From positions 205 to 64,204 of the forward strand of contig DXZN01000005.1 in NCBI GenBank assembly GCA_019419645.1: a DNA stretch of 64,000 nucleotides. The letters run 5' to 3'. Made by a program: the position numbers and the translations under genes. Below, in pieces: positions 18,327-29,302 of this stretch (its first letter is position 1; the number at the start of each line of letters is the position of its first letter). The notes beneath the pieces were generated by a model. The model was not told the origin of the DNA. It did not search any database and saw only the letters and a program-made list of their open reading frames with translations. The DNA comes from Collinsella sp. Its GTDB lineage: Bacteria > Actinomycetota > Coriobacteriia > Coriobacteriales > Coriobacteriaceae.

Positions 18327-19340
18327 ATGAAGCGCATCCTTCTCATCGCCACGGGCGGCACCATCGCATCGACCGAGGACGGCAACGGCCTCTCCCCCGC
18401 CCTGACCGGTGAGGAGCTCGCCCAGAGCGTCCCCGAGATCTCGGGCCTCTGCGAGCTCGACGTCGTGCAGCCCATGAACATCGACAGCACCAATATGCGT
18501 CCGAGCGACTGGATGCGTATCCGCGACGTCATCGTCGAGGGTTATGCCGACCACGACGGCTTCGTGATTCTGCACGGCACCGACACCATGAGCTACACCG
18601 CGGCGGCGCTTTCCTATCTGATTCAGGACAGCCCCAAGCCCATCGTACTCACCGGCTCGCAAAAGCCCATGGGCAATCCCTTTACCGACGCCAAGCTCAA
18701 CCTGTACCAGAGCCTGCTCTATGCGCTCGACGAGCATTCGCACGACGTCTCGATTGTCTTTGGCGGCGTAGCCATTGCCGGCACGCGCGCCCGCAAGCAG
18801 CGCACCATGAGCTTTAACGCGTTCATTAGCGTCAACTATCCGCCCATTGCCTATATCCGCAACGACCGCATCGTTCGCAACGGACTCCACGGCACTCACC
18901 AGGACGAGAACCCGGTTCGCTTCTACGACAGCATCGACCCGCGCGTATTTGTCCTTAAGCTGACACCCGGCGTGAACCCGGGTATCCTGGACGCTCTTGC
19001 CGATAGCTACGACGCTGTGATTCTGGAGACCTTTGGCATTGGCGGTATCCCCGAGTTTGGTGAGTCGGGCGAGTCGTTCCAAGAGGCAATTTTCCGCTGG
19101 GTCGATTCGGGTCGCACTGTCGTTATGACCACGCAGGTCCCCGAAGAGGGCCTTGACCTGGGTGTTTATGAGGTCGGCCGTGCCTACGCCGATCATCCGG
19201 GCATTTTGCGCGGCGACGACATGACCACCGAGACGCTCGTGGCCAAAACCATGTGGGCACTCGGCCAGTCACGTGATGCGGCCGAGATTCAGCGCCTGTT
19301 CTACAGCCAAGTCAACCACGACCGCATCCCGATGGCGTAA
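18327..19340 (+). CDS. ansA: L-asparaginase type I
   Basis: ATGGTIAS and HGTDTM signatures, TGSQ. Confidence 0.92.
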   Translation: MKRILLIATGGTIASTEDGNGLSPALTGEELAQSVPEISGLCELDVVQPMNIDSTNMRPSDWMRIRDVIVEGYADHDGFVILHGTDTMSYTAAALSYLIQDSPKPIVLTGSQKPMGNPFTDAKLNLYQSLLYALDEHSHDVSIVFGGVAIAGTRARKQRTMSFNAFISVNYPPIAYIRNDRIVRNGLHGTHQDENPVRFYDSIDPRVFVLKLTPGVNPGILDALADSYDAVILETFGIGGIPEFGESGESFQEAIFRWVDSGRTVVMTTQVPEEGLDLGVYEVGRAYADHPGILRGDDMTTETLVAKTMWALGQSRDAAEIQRLFYSQVNHDRIPMA

Positions 19341-19362
19341 TTCAGTTGTCGACGGGTATCCC

Positions 19363-19581
19363 CTATTCGATCCCCTCGAGAAGCTCTGACACCGTCATGC
19401 CGAGTGCGGGCGCGATCTTAAATAGAACCTTGAGCGTGAAATTTGCCGTCCCATCTTCGATTCGGTCGAGGTAGGGTCGGCTGATTCCTGTCGCCACACA
19501 AAAATCAACCTTGGAGATACCAAGGTCCCTGCGTGTCTCTTCGACCCGCCTGCCAAGAATCTGTTTCGCACGTTCGTCCAT
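19363..19581 (-). CDS. XRE-family HTH regulator (RM controller protein-like)
   Basis: 72 aa; GISRPYLDRIEDGTANFTLKVLFKIAPALG HTH_3 pattern. Confidence 0.85.
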   Translation of the reverse strand: MDERAKQILGRRVEETRRDLGISKVDFCVATGISRPYLDRIEDGTANFTLKVLFKIAPALGMTVSELLEGIE

Positions 19582-19609
19582 GCAGCCGAGTTTGAAATGG
19601 AGCTGAACA

Positions 19610-19635
19610 AAAACGTAAACTATAGTTTACGTTTT
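19610..19635. promoter_or_regulatory. Perfect 26-bp palindrome, likely XRE operator
   Basis: AAAACGTAAACTATAGTTTACGTTTT between the divergent XRE gene and the small ORF. Confidence 0.75.
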
Positions 19636-19657
19636 GCCGAATACACAGGAGTTTTCT

Positions 19658-20047
19658 ATGTCGGGTTCTTCGGTCCGCATGTACCGAGCCACGCTTCGCA
19701 CAAACAGCGCACCGCCCAAGCTCGTCGTCGTTGAAGCCGAATGCCTTTCGCCCGATGAGCGCACAGCATTTGCATTACTATCAAGTCGCGTCGCCGCCGT
19801 TCTGGTCCCTTGCCCGGCGCAAGGCGAACTTGCCATCCAATGCCAAGCGCACAGCTGCTCGCTCAATCAGGCTGCCGTAATCGCAACCAGCCAACGCGGC
19901 CTGCCGCTCCTTTTAGAAGCCGGTATCGCACTCGCCCTCCGCGGCTCCGGATACGAAAACGAGGCCGCCGCCGATATGGTCTTTAAACCACGATCGAGCG
20001 GCGGCCTCGCAGCAGCCATTGAATATGCGTGCAGGCTCGTTGCCTAA
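19658..20047 (+). CDS. Hypothetical protein resembling a degenerate HAD (Cof-type) C-terminal region
   Basis: AGIALAL.....AAADMV.....GGLAAAIE resembles the HAD C-terminal pattern but lacks the GDxxND residues; AGGAG RBS before ATG 19658. Confidence 0.55.
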   Translation: MSGSSVRMYRATLRTNSAPPKLVVVEAECLSPDERTAFALLSSRVAAVLVPCPAQGELAIQCQAHSCSLNQAAVIATSQRGLPLLLEAGIALALRGSGYENEAAADMVFKPRSSGGLAAAIEYACRLVA

Positions 20048-20056
20048 AAGGACAGG

Positions 20057-20440
20057 CTAGAAACCAAAGCCAAAGCCTGTTCCGGTAATAGCCGAGTACA
20101 TAAAGTAGACGTTGATTACGTTGAGGAACACACCCGTGATGCAGCCGTTTCGCAGGTAGCGCTCGCACACGATGCGCGCCATGGCGGCGGAGTCATCATT
20201 GTTTTTAGCCTGACGTCCTGCCGTAAAGTACGTCGCCACGCTCAGCAGCAGGTTGAGCACCGGCAGTGCCAGCAGCTCGTAGCTCTTGCCCCAGCGCGTC
20301 ACCTCACCGGCCGCGTTAAACTTCGTTGCCACCTCGGGACCAATGTTGGGGATAACACACGCTGCAACCACCAGCGGAATCACCGCAAGTACGAGCAACG
20401 CAATACCCATGTAGCCAGCTTTTTTGCCATATTTAAACAT
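20057..20440 (-). CDS. DUF1648 domain membrane protein
   Basis: Three hydrophobic segments; P.EVATKFNAAGEVTRWG motif. Confidence 0.75.
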   Translation of the reverse strand: MFKYGKKAGYMGIALLVLAVIPLVVAACVIPNIGPEVATKFNAAGEVTRWGKSYELLALPVLNLLLSVATYFTAGRQAKNNDDSAAMARIVCERYLRNGCITGVFLNVINVYFMYSAITGTGFGFGF

Positions 20441-20451
20441 ATGCGTCGTCC

Positions 20452-21528
<1,077 letters not shown>

Positions 21529-21642
21529 GACAGCTCCTTTTGATACAGGTACTTCAAACTGCATAAGTATAGCGCCGCCGCAGCATCCAGGCGAACCCGG
21601 ACGCCACGGCGGCGCAAATGAAGCAGAGATAGGGGTCGCTGA

Positions 21643-22896
21643 CTAGTCTGCGAGCTTTTCCACCTGATCGAGCATCTTATCGAGCTTGGCCTTTGCCTCG
21701 GCCTTGACCTTCTCGGCCTCCTCGTGAGCCTTCGCCTTCTGGGCGGCCTTTTCCTCGGCCTCGGGATCGGCGACGACCAGATTGGACGCATCGTGTTCGA
21801 CCAGCTTGAGCGCATGTTCGGGACAAACCTTGACGCAGGCTCCGCAACCCAAACAATACGTGGACTCCAGTGCAAAGCGACCGCTTCCCACCAAATCGCA
21901 GGCGGACGTGGGACACGCGTTAACGCACTCGCCGCACGACGTGCACTTGTCAAAATCGCACTCCGGCGTGCTCACCTGCATGTTCTGGGCAAGCTCGGGG
22001 TGGTTTTGCAGCGTCGAGAGCACCAGCTGGCGCCCATGGGTGAGCGAACGGCGACGCTTGGTCGTCGTGGTGCCGCACATGGTGTTGAGCGTGCGCTCCA
22101 GCTGGGTGATCTGATGGCGATGGGCTTTGAGCTTCTGCGTCACCGAAGCCAGTGCCGCCGTCGCCGGATTGAGTTTGGTCACGGTCAGGCCCGTGGTACG
22201 GGCGATCTTTTCCATGTATTCCTTGCGCTCGTACTCGCGGCGCTTATGGCATTTGAGGCTCTTGGGGTCGACCTCCAGGCCCATACCCGTACCAGCCCAT
22301 TCCTCGGCCTTCGCAATCGCCTCGCCCAGCATGTCCTCGCCACCGGTGTTGCGGCATTTATCGCACACGCCCAGCGGCAGATACACACTCACGTTGGGAT
22401 AGTCGGCCAGCACCGAGAACCAGGTCTCGGCTGTAATATCGCCCACGCAGGCAACGACGACCTCGTTCTCGCGCGGCATGCGCTTAAGGGCGCGCGTGCA
22501 GGTAACGTAGGCGGTCTCGTGACTTGTAGCCGCCGAGACAATGTCGTCATACAGGTTTTTGGGCGCCAGGCGCGGCGAGATGATCGCCTCAGTCGGACAG
22601 GCAGCGGCGCACAGGCCACACTTGCGACAGGAATCGAGGATCTCGATGGCATCTTCCTCGACCTCGATGGCGTTGACCGGGCACACGTCCATGCACGCGG
22701 TGCAGCCACTCTTTTCGTTTTTGCAGGTCAAGCACGGAATGGTGTTGCCGCGCGGACGCTCCTTGTAGTCAGCAGGATTCCACTGCGGCGCCGACGGATC
22801 GAGCGCATCGGTCACACCGCCAAGCGGGTTTTTAAGAAAGTCGAAACCCTTGCTGATCTCGATAATGTCATCAAACAGATCGTGTTCCTGCGCCAT
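21643..22896 (-). CDS. 4Fe-4S dicluster (polyferredoxin-like) protein
   Basis: Four CxxCxxCxxxCP-type motifs, in N- and C-terminal pairs. Confidence 0.85.
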   Translation of the reverse strand: MAQEHDLFDDIIEISKGFDFLKNPLGGVTDALDPSAPQWNPADYKERPRGNTIPCLTCKNEKSGCTACMDVCPVNAIEVEEDAIEILDSCRKCGLCAAACPTEAIISPRLAPKNLYDDIVSAATSHETAYVTCTRALKRMPRENEVVVACVGDITAETWFSVLADYPNVSVYLPLGVCDKCRNTGGEDMLGEAIAKAEEWAGTGMGLEVDPKSLKCHKRREYERKEYMEKIARTTGLTVTKLNPATAALASVTQKLKAHRHQITQLERTLNTMCGTTTTKRRRSLTHGRQLVLSTLQNHPELAQNMQVSTPECDFDKCTSCGECVNACPTSACDLVGSGRFALESTYCLGCGACVKVCPEHALKLVEHDASNLVVADPEAEEKAAQKAKAHEEAEKVKAEAKAKLDKMLDQVEKLAD

Positions 22897-23047
22897 GCGC
22901 GGCCCCTCCCTGAGCAGTGCAAACAAGCAAGAGATAATGATACGCCATCGGCCCACGCCTCGGGCAAATTACACGCGGAGCATCTTTGCGGCAAATAGCC
23001 CATGGCCTATCGCCGTCTCGATTGCACAAGATCAATCAAGCGCCAAA

Positions 23048-24115
23048 CTATGCCTCGCGCATGAGCTCGGCGAGCTTTTGCCTGGTTACCTTTGTCTGCT
23101 CGTTGGCCATATTGCATTCGTTTCTAAAGGCCGCATCTGCAACGCTCATCAGGTCGGCATCGGAAATCTCGTCAAGGCCCAGTTCCTCGAGCGTCGTCGG
23201 CAGACCGACGCGCTGGCAAAACTCGAGCACCTGATCAAGCTCGGGCGCACACTCCAGGCGCAGCTGCACCACCAGACCAAATGCCACGGCCTCACCATGC
23301 ATGGCCTTGCACTCGGGCAGAATCGTCAGGCCGTTGGCGATGGCATGGGCAAGCGCTAGGCCACCGCTCTCAAAGCCAACACCCGAGAGCAGAATATTGC
23401 ACTCGATCAGGCGCTCAACCGCCGGCGATATACGGCCCTTTTTGAGATCGCGCTTGGCAGCGACGCCGCACTCCATAAGCGTGTCATAGCAGGCACGAGC
23501 CGCAACCAAGGCCAAGTGTCCCGGCGCGCCACCGTGCTCGTTGGCGCCATGCGCCGCGGCGCACGAACGCGCCTCGAAGTACGTTGCCAGCGCATCGCCC
23601 ATACCAGCGACCGTCATACGCAGCGGGGCTGCCGCGAGCACGTTGGTATCGACCACAACTAGGTCTGGATTCTTCTCGAGCATCAGGTAGCGGTCGAACG
23701 ACCCATCCTCGTGATACAACACCGAAATCGCGCTGCACGGACCGTCCATCGAAGCCGCCGTGGGGCATACGCACAACGGCAACTCGGCATAAAACGCAAC
23801 GGCCTTGGCGATATCGAGCATCTTGCCGCCGCCAATACCCACCACCATGTCGCAATACTCGGCCTGGGCTTCCTTAGCCATTTCGACAACGGCCTCTTCC
23901 GTACACGGACCGTCATAAATCTTAAAGAACGGCTCGCTTAGATCTTCGTCCAGAAATCCATCGACGATCTGCCTGCACAGCCGATCCTCGGTGCCCCGGT
24001 CAAACAAGACATAGGCAGCGCAGCCCAACCATGACAAATACTTGCCTTGACGCGACAGTTCGCCCGGCCCCTGAACATACCGGCCGGGACCGCCGTAAAC
24101 CACAGGAAGCGCCAT
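23048..24115 (-). CDS. Glycerol dehydrogenase paralog 2
   Basis: GPGRYVQGPG, GIGGGKMLDIAK, GMGDALATYFEA, GFESGGLALAHA, MHGE. Confidence 0.85.
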   Translation of the reverse strand: MALPVVYGGPGRYVQGPGELSRQGKYLSWLGCAAYVLFDRGTEDRLCRQIVDGFLDEDLSEPFFKIYDGPCTEEAVVEMAKEAQAEYCDMVVGIGGGKMLDIAKAVAFYAELPLCVCPTAASMDGPCSAISVLYHEDGSFDRYLMLEKNPDLVVVDTNVLAAAPLRMTVAGMGDALATYFEARSCAAAHGANEHGGAPGHLALVAARACYDTLMECGVAAKRDLKKGRISPAVERLIECNILLSGVGFESGGLALAHAIANGLTILPECKAMHGEAVAFGLVVQLRLECAPELDQVLEFCQRVGLPTTLEELGLDEISDADLMSVADAAFRNECNMANEQTKVTRQKLAELMREA

Positions 24116-24228
24116 ACGAGAATCCGCCCTTCATCAAACAACGATTGGTGCAAAGTAACCTGACCCCTTTGCACCATAGCAAAAAGGGGCAAAGCCATCT
24201 GTTGGCTTTGCCCCTTCCTTAGCTTGAT

Positions 24229-25329
24229 TTACTCATCCATGAGATAGTAGTGACCCAGTGCGTCGGCACCCAGAATGGCGTTTGCAACCATCTCGGGCGT
24301 CACCTCAAACGGCATGTTGCACATGGTGTCATCGGGTGCGCAGGCGGCCTCGGCAACAATCATGGCCTGCTCGCGCGTAAGCTCGGCAACGCCAAGTTCC
24401 TTCATCGTGACCGGCAGGCCCAGCTCAATGCAGAAGCCCAAGACTTCCTCGAGTTTCTCAGTCGGAGCATCCTCGAGTACCAGCTGGACGATAGTGCCAA
24501 AGGCGACCTTCTCGCCGTGATACATGCCGTGGCACTCGGGCAGCATCGTCAGGCCATTGTGGATGGCATGAGCAGCAGCAAGGCCCGAGCTCTCAAAGCC
24601 GATGCCGGAGAGCAGCGTGTTTGCCTCGATGATATGCTCGACGGCAGGCGTGAGCGCACCCTTCTCCAGCGCGACCTTGGCCTTGACGCCATCGGCCATA
24701 AGCGTCTCGTAGCAGAGCTTGGCAAGTGCCAGACCAGCCATACCGCCCTTGCCGCCAGCGCAAGTGCCGCCGTCGGCATCGTGCGTCGCCTGGGCCTCAA
24801 AGTAGGTTGCGAGCGCATCGCCCATACCGGAAACCGTCAGGCGCACCGGGCTCGCCGCGATAACCGTCGTATCCATCAGGACGATGTTGGGGTTTGCCTT
24901 AAGGAAGAGATATTTATCGAACTGGCCGTCGTCGGTGTAGAGCACCGAAAGCGCCGAGCACGGTGCATCGGTCGAGGCGATGGTGGGGCAAATGATAACC
25001 GGGGACTCCAGGTAATAGGCGACGGCCTTCGCGGTGTCGAGGATCTTACCGCCACCGACGCCGACGATGATGTCGCAACCGTTGTCGCGCGCGAGCGCAA
25101 CCAGACGATCGACCTCGCCCTTGGAGCACTCGCCGTTAAAGTCCTCAAACAGCAGCTCGGCCTTAGCCTCGGCAAAGCCGCCCTCGATCTTGGCGCCGAC
25201 GCGCTTCTTGCCCGAAGGCGTCACGATGACGAGGGCCTTAGCGCCGAGCGGCTCGACATAGGAGCCGAGCTTGGCCAGCTCGTCCGGGCCCTGGATGTAC
25301 TTGCTGGGGCTATTGAAGATTGCAGCCAT
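24229..25329 (-). CDS. gldA: Glycerol dehydrogenase
   Basis: SPSKYIQG, GGGKILDTAK, PTIASTDAPCSA, GFESSGLAAAHAIHNG, HGEKVAFG. Confidence 0.92.
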   Translation of the reverse strand: MAAIFNSPSKYIQGPDELAKLGSYVEPLGAKALVIVTPSGKKRVGAKIEGGFAEAKAELLFEDFNGECSKGEVDRLVALARDNGCDIIVGVGGGKILDTAKAVAYYLESPVIICPTIASTDAPCSALSVLYTDDGQFDKYLFLKANPNIVLMDTTVIAASPVRLTVSGMGDALATYFEAQATHDADGGTCAGGKGGMAGLALAKLCYETLMADGVKAKVALEKGALTPAVEHIIEANTLLSGIGFESSGLAAAHAIHNGLTMLPECHGMYHGEKVAFGTIVQLVLEDAPTEKLEEVLGFCIELGLPVTMKELGVAELTREQAMIVAEAACAPDDTMCNMPFEVTPEMVANAILGADALGHYYLMDE

Positions 25330-25413
25330 TTTTATCTCATTCTCTAATAATTAAAAAGAAAGGGGCTCCGTACGGATACGTGCGGAGCCCCTCGTTACGA
25401 TAACAAGAGTCGA

Positions 25414-26637
25414 TTAGAAATCGATGTCGGTGTCGTAGTAGCAGGCCTTGAGGATCTTCTCGAAGTCGGCAGCCTTGGTCTCACGCGGGTTCTCGGGCGT
25501 GCAGGCGTCGGTCTCGGCGTTCGCGGCGATCTCGGGCAGCTTGGCGAGGAACTCCTCCTCGGAAACCATCTGCGGGTTCTCGGCGTCGACCTTCACGCCA
25601 CCATTCGCGTAATCCTTGATGGACTGCGGAATGTTGAGCTGGTCGTTGAGGTCGCGAATCTTCTGGACGAGCGCAGCGATGAGCTCCTCGTTGGTCTCGC
25701 CGGGAAGGTGCAGGATCTCCTTGGCCACGTAAGCGTAACGCTCGGCAGCACGCGGGTCCTTGGAGTTCCACTGGATGACCTTGCCCAGGTACATGGCGTT
25801 AGCAGCACCGTGGATGATGTGGCCGTTCTCGAAGGCAGCACCGGTCTTGTGAGCCATGGAGTGAACGATGCCGAGCAGGCCCGAGGAGAAGGCGATACCG
25901 GCGATGCACTGAGCCTCGTGCATGTGCTGACGGGCCTCATGGTCGCCAGCATAGGACTTGGGCAGCCACTCGACGATCTCGCGGATGCCGTGCAGAGCGT
26001 TGGCGTCGGTGAACATAGAGGCGAAGGTGGAAACGTAGGCCTCCATGCAGTGGGTCAGAGCATCCATGCCGGTGTGAGCGCACAGCTTGGCGGGCATGGT
26101 GTAGGTGAGCTCGGGGTCGACGATGGCGACATCAGGGGTGATGTTGAAGTCGGCCAGCGGGTACTTGATGCCCTTGGCGTAGTCGGTAATGACGGAGAAC
26201 GCGGTGACCTCGGTAGCGGTGCCGGAGGTAGAGGAGATGGCGCAGAAATGAGCCTTCTGACGCAGCTCGGGGAAGCTGAACGGCTGGATGATGTTGTCGA
26301 AGGACTCCTCGGGATACTCGTAGAAGACCCACATGGCCTTAGCGGCATCGATGGGCGAGCCGCCGCCGATGGCGATAATCCAGTCGGGCTCGAACTCGCG
26401 CATGGCCTCGGCGCCCTTCATGACCGTCTCGATGGACGGGTCGGACTCGACGCCCTCGAACAGCTTGACCTCCATGCCGGCCTCTTTGAGGTCGGCCTCG
26501 ACGTCCTGCAGGAACCCGCCGCGGCGCATGGAGCTGCCGCCAGAAACGATGATGGCCTTCTTGCCCTTGAGGTTCTTCACCTCGTGGCGAGCGCCCTCAC
26601 CAAAGTACAGATCGCGAGGATTGGTAAAACGTCCCAT
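25414..26637 (-). CDS. Iron-containing alcohol dehydrogenase (butanol dehydrogenase-like)
   Basis: GGGSPIDAAK, STSGTATEVT, DALTH..E, GIVHSMAH, HG. Confidence 0.92.
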   Translation of the reverse strand: MGRFTNPRDLYFGEGARHEVKNLKGKKAIIVSGGSSMRRGGFLQDVEADLKEAGMEVKLFEGVESDPSIETVMKGAEAMREFEPDWIIAIGGGSPIDAAKAMWVFYEYPEESFDNIIQPFSFPELRQKAHFCAISSTSGTATEVTAFSVITDYAKGIKYPLADFNITPDVAIVDPELTYTMPAKLCAHTGMDALTHCMEAYVSTFASMFTDANALHGIREIVEWLPKSYAGDHEARQHMHEAQCIAGIAFSSGLLGIVHSMAHKTGAAFENGHIIHGAANAMYLGKVIQWNSKDPRAAERYAYVAKEILHLPGETNEELIAALVQKIRDLNDQLNIPQSIKDYANGGVKVDAENPQMVSEEEFLAKLPEIAANAETDACTPENPRETKAADFEKILKACYYDTDIDF

Positions 26638-27137
26638 ACTGTGCCTCCTAAACAAGCCCCTCTTAGACTTGTGTATATAACGGAGCACCCGATTGGCTCC
26701 GTTAGGACCGTTTTGCGCGTTGCCGGCGATGACAACGCACGATGTCTAAACGTCTCAACGCTCATACAAATACTATTTTACCGTTCTGGTTGGTCAGTTA
26801 TTCACCTAAAGCTGCCAATGATGAAACGTTTTTTCTATCCTTGGAACCTCTTGCGTTGCGGTTATTGTCCCGAGCTGGGCAAACGTTTTATCAAGGTTGA
26901 CTACATACCCCGGGCAGGACGGTGCCCCTCCAAAATATGCACCGTTCGCCGCCAAAAATCGACCGTTTGCGGCACCGTGATACCACTCGGTCGTCCAAGG
27001 TGCCGACATTTGTGCGACATCCGTCTTCGTGGTGCAAAGGTGCAAGTCCAAGTGCGGTACCCCCGGTGTGCCACATGCGGGTAAACTAGGACGTTATATA
27101 GAGACATTTGAACCCTAACCGCAGCAAAGGAGGCCCC

Positions 27138-28214
27138 ATGGCATTCGATCCCATTCAAGAGGATTGCCATCGCCTCGTTCTTGAGGCCTTGCGCCGCGAC
27201 AATATCCCGCTCACCGACGGTGCCGCCGTAGAGCGTCTGATGGAACAATTCACCCGCAACCCCGCGCCGCTCATCGTGCACGACCGCGACCGCGCCGGAC
27301 ATCTGATTGCCAAGGTTGTCGAGGCTGTCGACTACCGCATTCCCTTTATCCCCGACGATGCCCAAGCCGAGCAGGAAGAGGCCGCTGCCGAGAACATGCT
27401 TCGCGAGGCCGCCGCGCTCGATCCGACCAACTGGGATGCGCAGCGCATGTTGTGCGCCCTCACCGCTGACTCCAACGAGGAATACGTACAGTACTTGGTA
27501 TCCAAGCGCGATGAAGTCGAGCATGACCTGGCACTCAAGATCGCCTCGGCGCAGGACCCCTATGAGCGCGAGGCCGCGGGCGACCTTATGCGCCGCCCCT
27601 ACCTGCGCTGGCTTGCCGCTCTTGCATCGCGCGCCCTCATTAGCGGACGCTATCGCATGTCGCTCGAAGCTGCAAACCGCAGTCTGGAATTTGCGCCCAA
27701 CGACCCCGCCGGCGTCCGCCACACCGCGATGCTCGCCATGGCAAAGCTCGAATACCCCGCCGAGGAGCTCAAGCGCTTTCGCTCTGCCCACTCCGTCCCC
27801 TATCTCGCCAACACGCCGCTGCGCCGTCGTCCCAAGGATGCAGAACGCGACTTGGACCCGTGGACGCTCATCGCGCTGATGAGCGCTGCCTGGCGCGAGC
27901 TGGATTACGAGGGCGCCGAACACTACCTGCGTATCCTTGCGCGCTCGTGCCCGCACGCAGCCGAGGCGCTCTACTTCCAAACCGAGTTTCCCGATGGCGT
28001 CTATGCCCGCGTCAACGTGGGTGCAGGCTCCACCGACGAGCTCGTCCTTGCACTCTCCGAGGCGACGCCGGTACTGCAGGAGGGCCTGGGCGCACCCGAC
28101 AACGCCAGCTTTGCCGCCTGGGTCGCCACCAACGACATCGTGCGCTCCCAGATCGACGAGCGCATACTGCGGGCGGCCGAGCAGGGCTTGCCGTTTAAGG
28201 GAGGAGACCTCTAA
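27138..28214 (+). CDS. Helical/TPR-like hypothetical protein
   Basis: Host-like codon usage, AAGGAGG RBS, helical repeats (ALDPTNWDA, EFAPNDPAGVRH). Confidence 0.75.
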   Translation: MAFDPIQEDCHRLVLEALRRDNIPLTDGAAVERLMEQFTRNPAPLIVHDRDRAGHLIAKVVEAVDYRIPFIPDDAQAEQEEAAAENMLREAAALDPTNWDAQRMLCALTADSNEEYVQYLVSKRDEVEHDLALKIASAQDPYEREAAGDLMRRPYLRWLAALASRALISGRYRMSLEAANRSLEFAPNDPAGVRHTAMLAMAKLEYPAEELKRFRSAHSVPYLANTPLRRRPKDAERDLDPWTLIALMSAAWRELDYEGAEHYLRILARSCPHAAEALYFQTEFPDGVYARVNVGAGSTDELVLALSEATPVLQEGLGAPDNASFAAWVATNDIVRSQIDERILRAAEQGLPFKGGDL

Positions 28215-29257
28215 TGGATCCGAGCGTCTACATCCCCGCCTACCTGGAGCGCACCTATCTGGCGTCGCACCCCGAGCTCACCGATGCAGCACGCGAGCTT
28301 GTCCATAACGACATTAGCGCGAATCCCCAAAAGTATGCGCAGTCCGAGCATGCTCAGGCGCTGCTGTCCTATGCCGGTGTTCATCGCCACCTGCTCGACG
28401 AGCTCCATCGCATCGAGGACATGGGCAGCGACGAGGAGTTTGAGCAGACGCGCAACCGCTTGTTCGACGATATGCGTGATGAGCTGCTCAAGATCGTCCG
28501 CATCGATGCGCTGGCCGTCGATGCCCAGCTGCTCGCCATCATTTTGGCGGACACGCCCGTCGACGCCTGCCTGGGCGACCTGATGAAGCTCGAGACGAGC
28601 ACGGCCGACTACCTGCAACAGAGCGTGCCCGGGTTTGATATGGAGGCCCCGCACTACTGGGCCAATAATGTTTTGGCCGACGGTGTCACCGCAGCGGACC
28701 TTACCGTGAGCGAGCCGGCCCTTATCGGGTGGCTTCACACACTCGAGGCCATCTCGCAGCTGTGCATGGCGAGCGCTCGTTACCGCGCCGCCGCCAACTA
28801 TGCTCGCCGTGTCCTTAAGACGGAGGGCTATCCCACCCGGGCCGCCGGCACCGTATTGCTTGCCCTCGCCCGCCTGGAAGACCAGGACGGCTTTTTTGCC
28901 CTGGCGCATCAGCTCGAGGAACAGGTGGGGGCAGACGCACTCGAAAACTCTCCTTGGTACCTGCTCGCCCGCACGATCTTGCTGTTCAAAACAAACAAGA
29001 TGCGCCCGGCGACGCGCGCGCTGCGTGAGTTCGCTAACCGTTGCGAGGGTGGCGCGTTCTTCTTGCTGAATCCCATGTACCAGACACCGTACCTTCCCTG
29101 CCGGCCCGAGCCACGCGATCCCTGGGATCTTTCGCACCAGGCAGTTTGGGAGGCCGACGGCATTATCTCGGACACCCCCGACTTTGCCCCCTGGGCCAAC
29201 GCCTGCGAAGATGTATCGCAGCTCGCCCAGGAATTTGCGCGCCGCTACGGCTTTTAG
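28214..29257 (+). CDS. Helical/TPR-like hypothetical protein, possible distant paralog of the upstream gene
   Basis: TAATG translational coupling; similar layout (R..L.WL..L, PW.L, ends F..W). Confidence 0.75.
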   Translation: MDPSVYIPAYLERTYLASHPELTDAARELVHNDISANPQKYAQSEHAQALLSYAGVHRHLLDELHRIEDMGSDEEFEQTRNRLFDDMRDELLKIVRIDALAVDAQLLAIILADTPVDACLGDLMKLETSTADYLQQSVPGFDMEAPHYWANNVLADGVTAADLTVSEPALIGWLHTLEAISQLCMASARYRAAANYARRVLKTEGYPTRAAGTVLLALARLEDQDGFFALAHQLEEQVGADALENSPWYLLARTILLFKTNKMRPATRALREFANRCEGGAFFLLNPMYQTPYLPCRPEPRDPWDLSHQAVWEADGIISDTPDFAPWANACEDVSQLAQEFARRYGF

Positions 29258-29302
29258 CGACGCGATCGCCCCGACCATGTCATTCACGTTAGGAACGACT
29301 TC

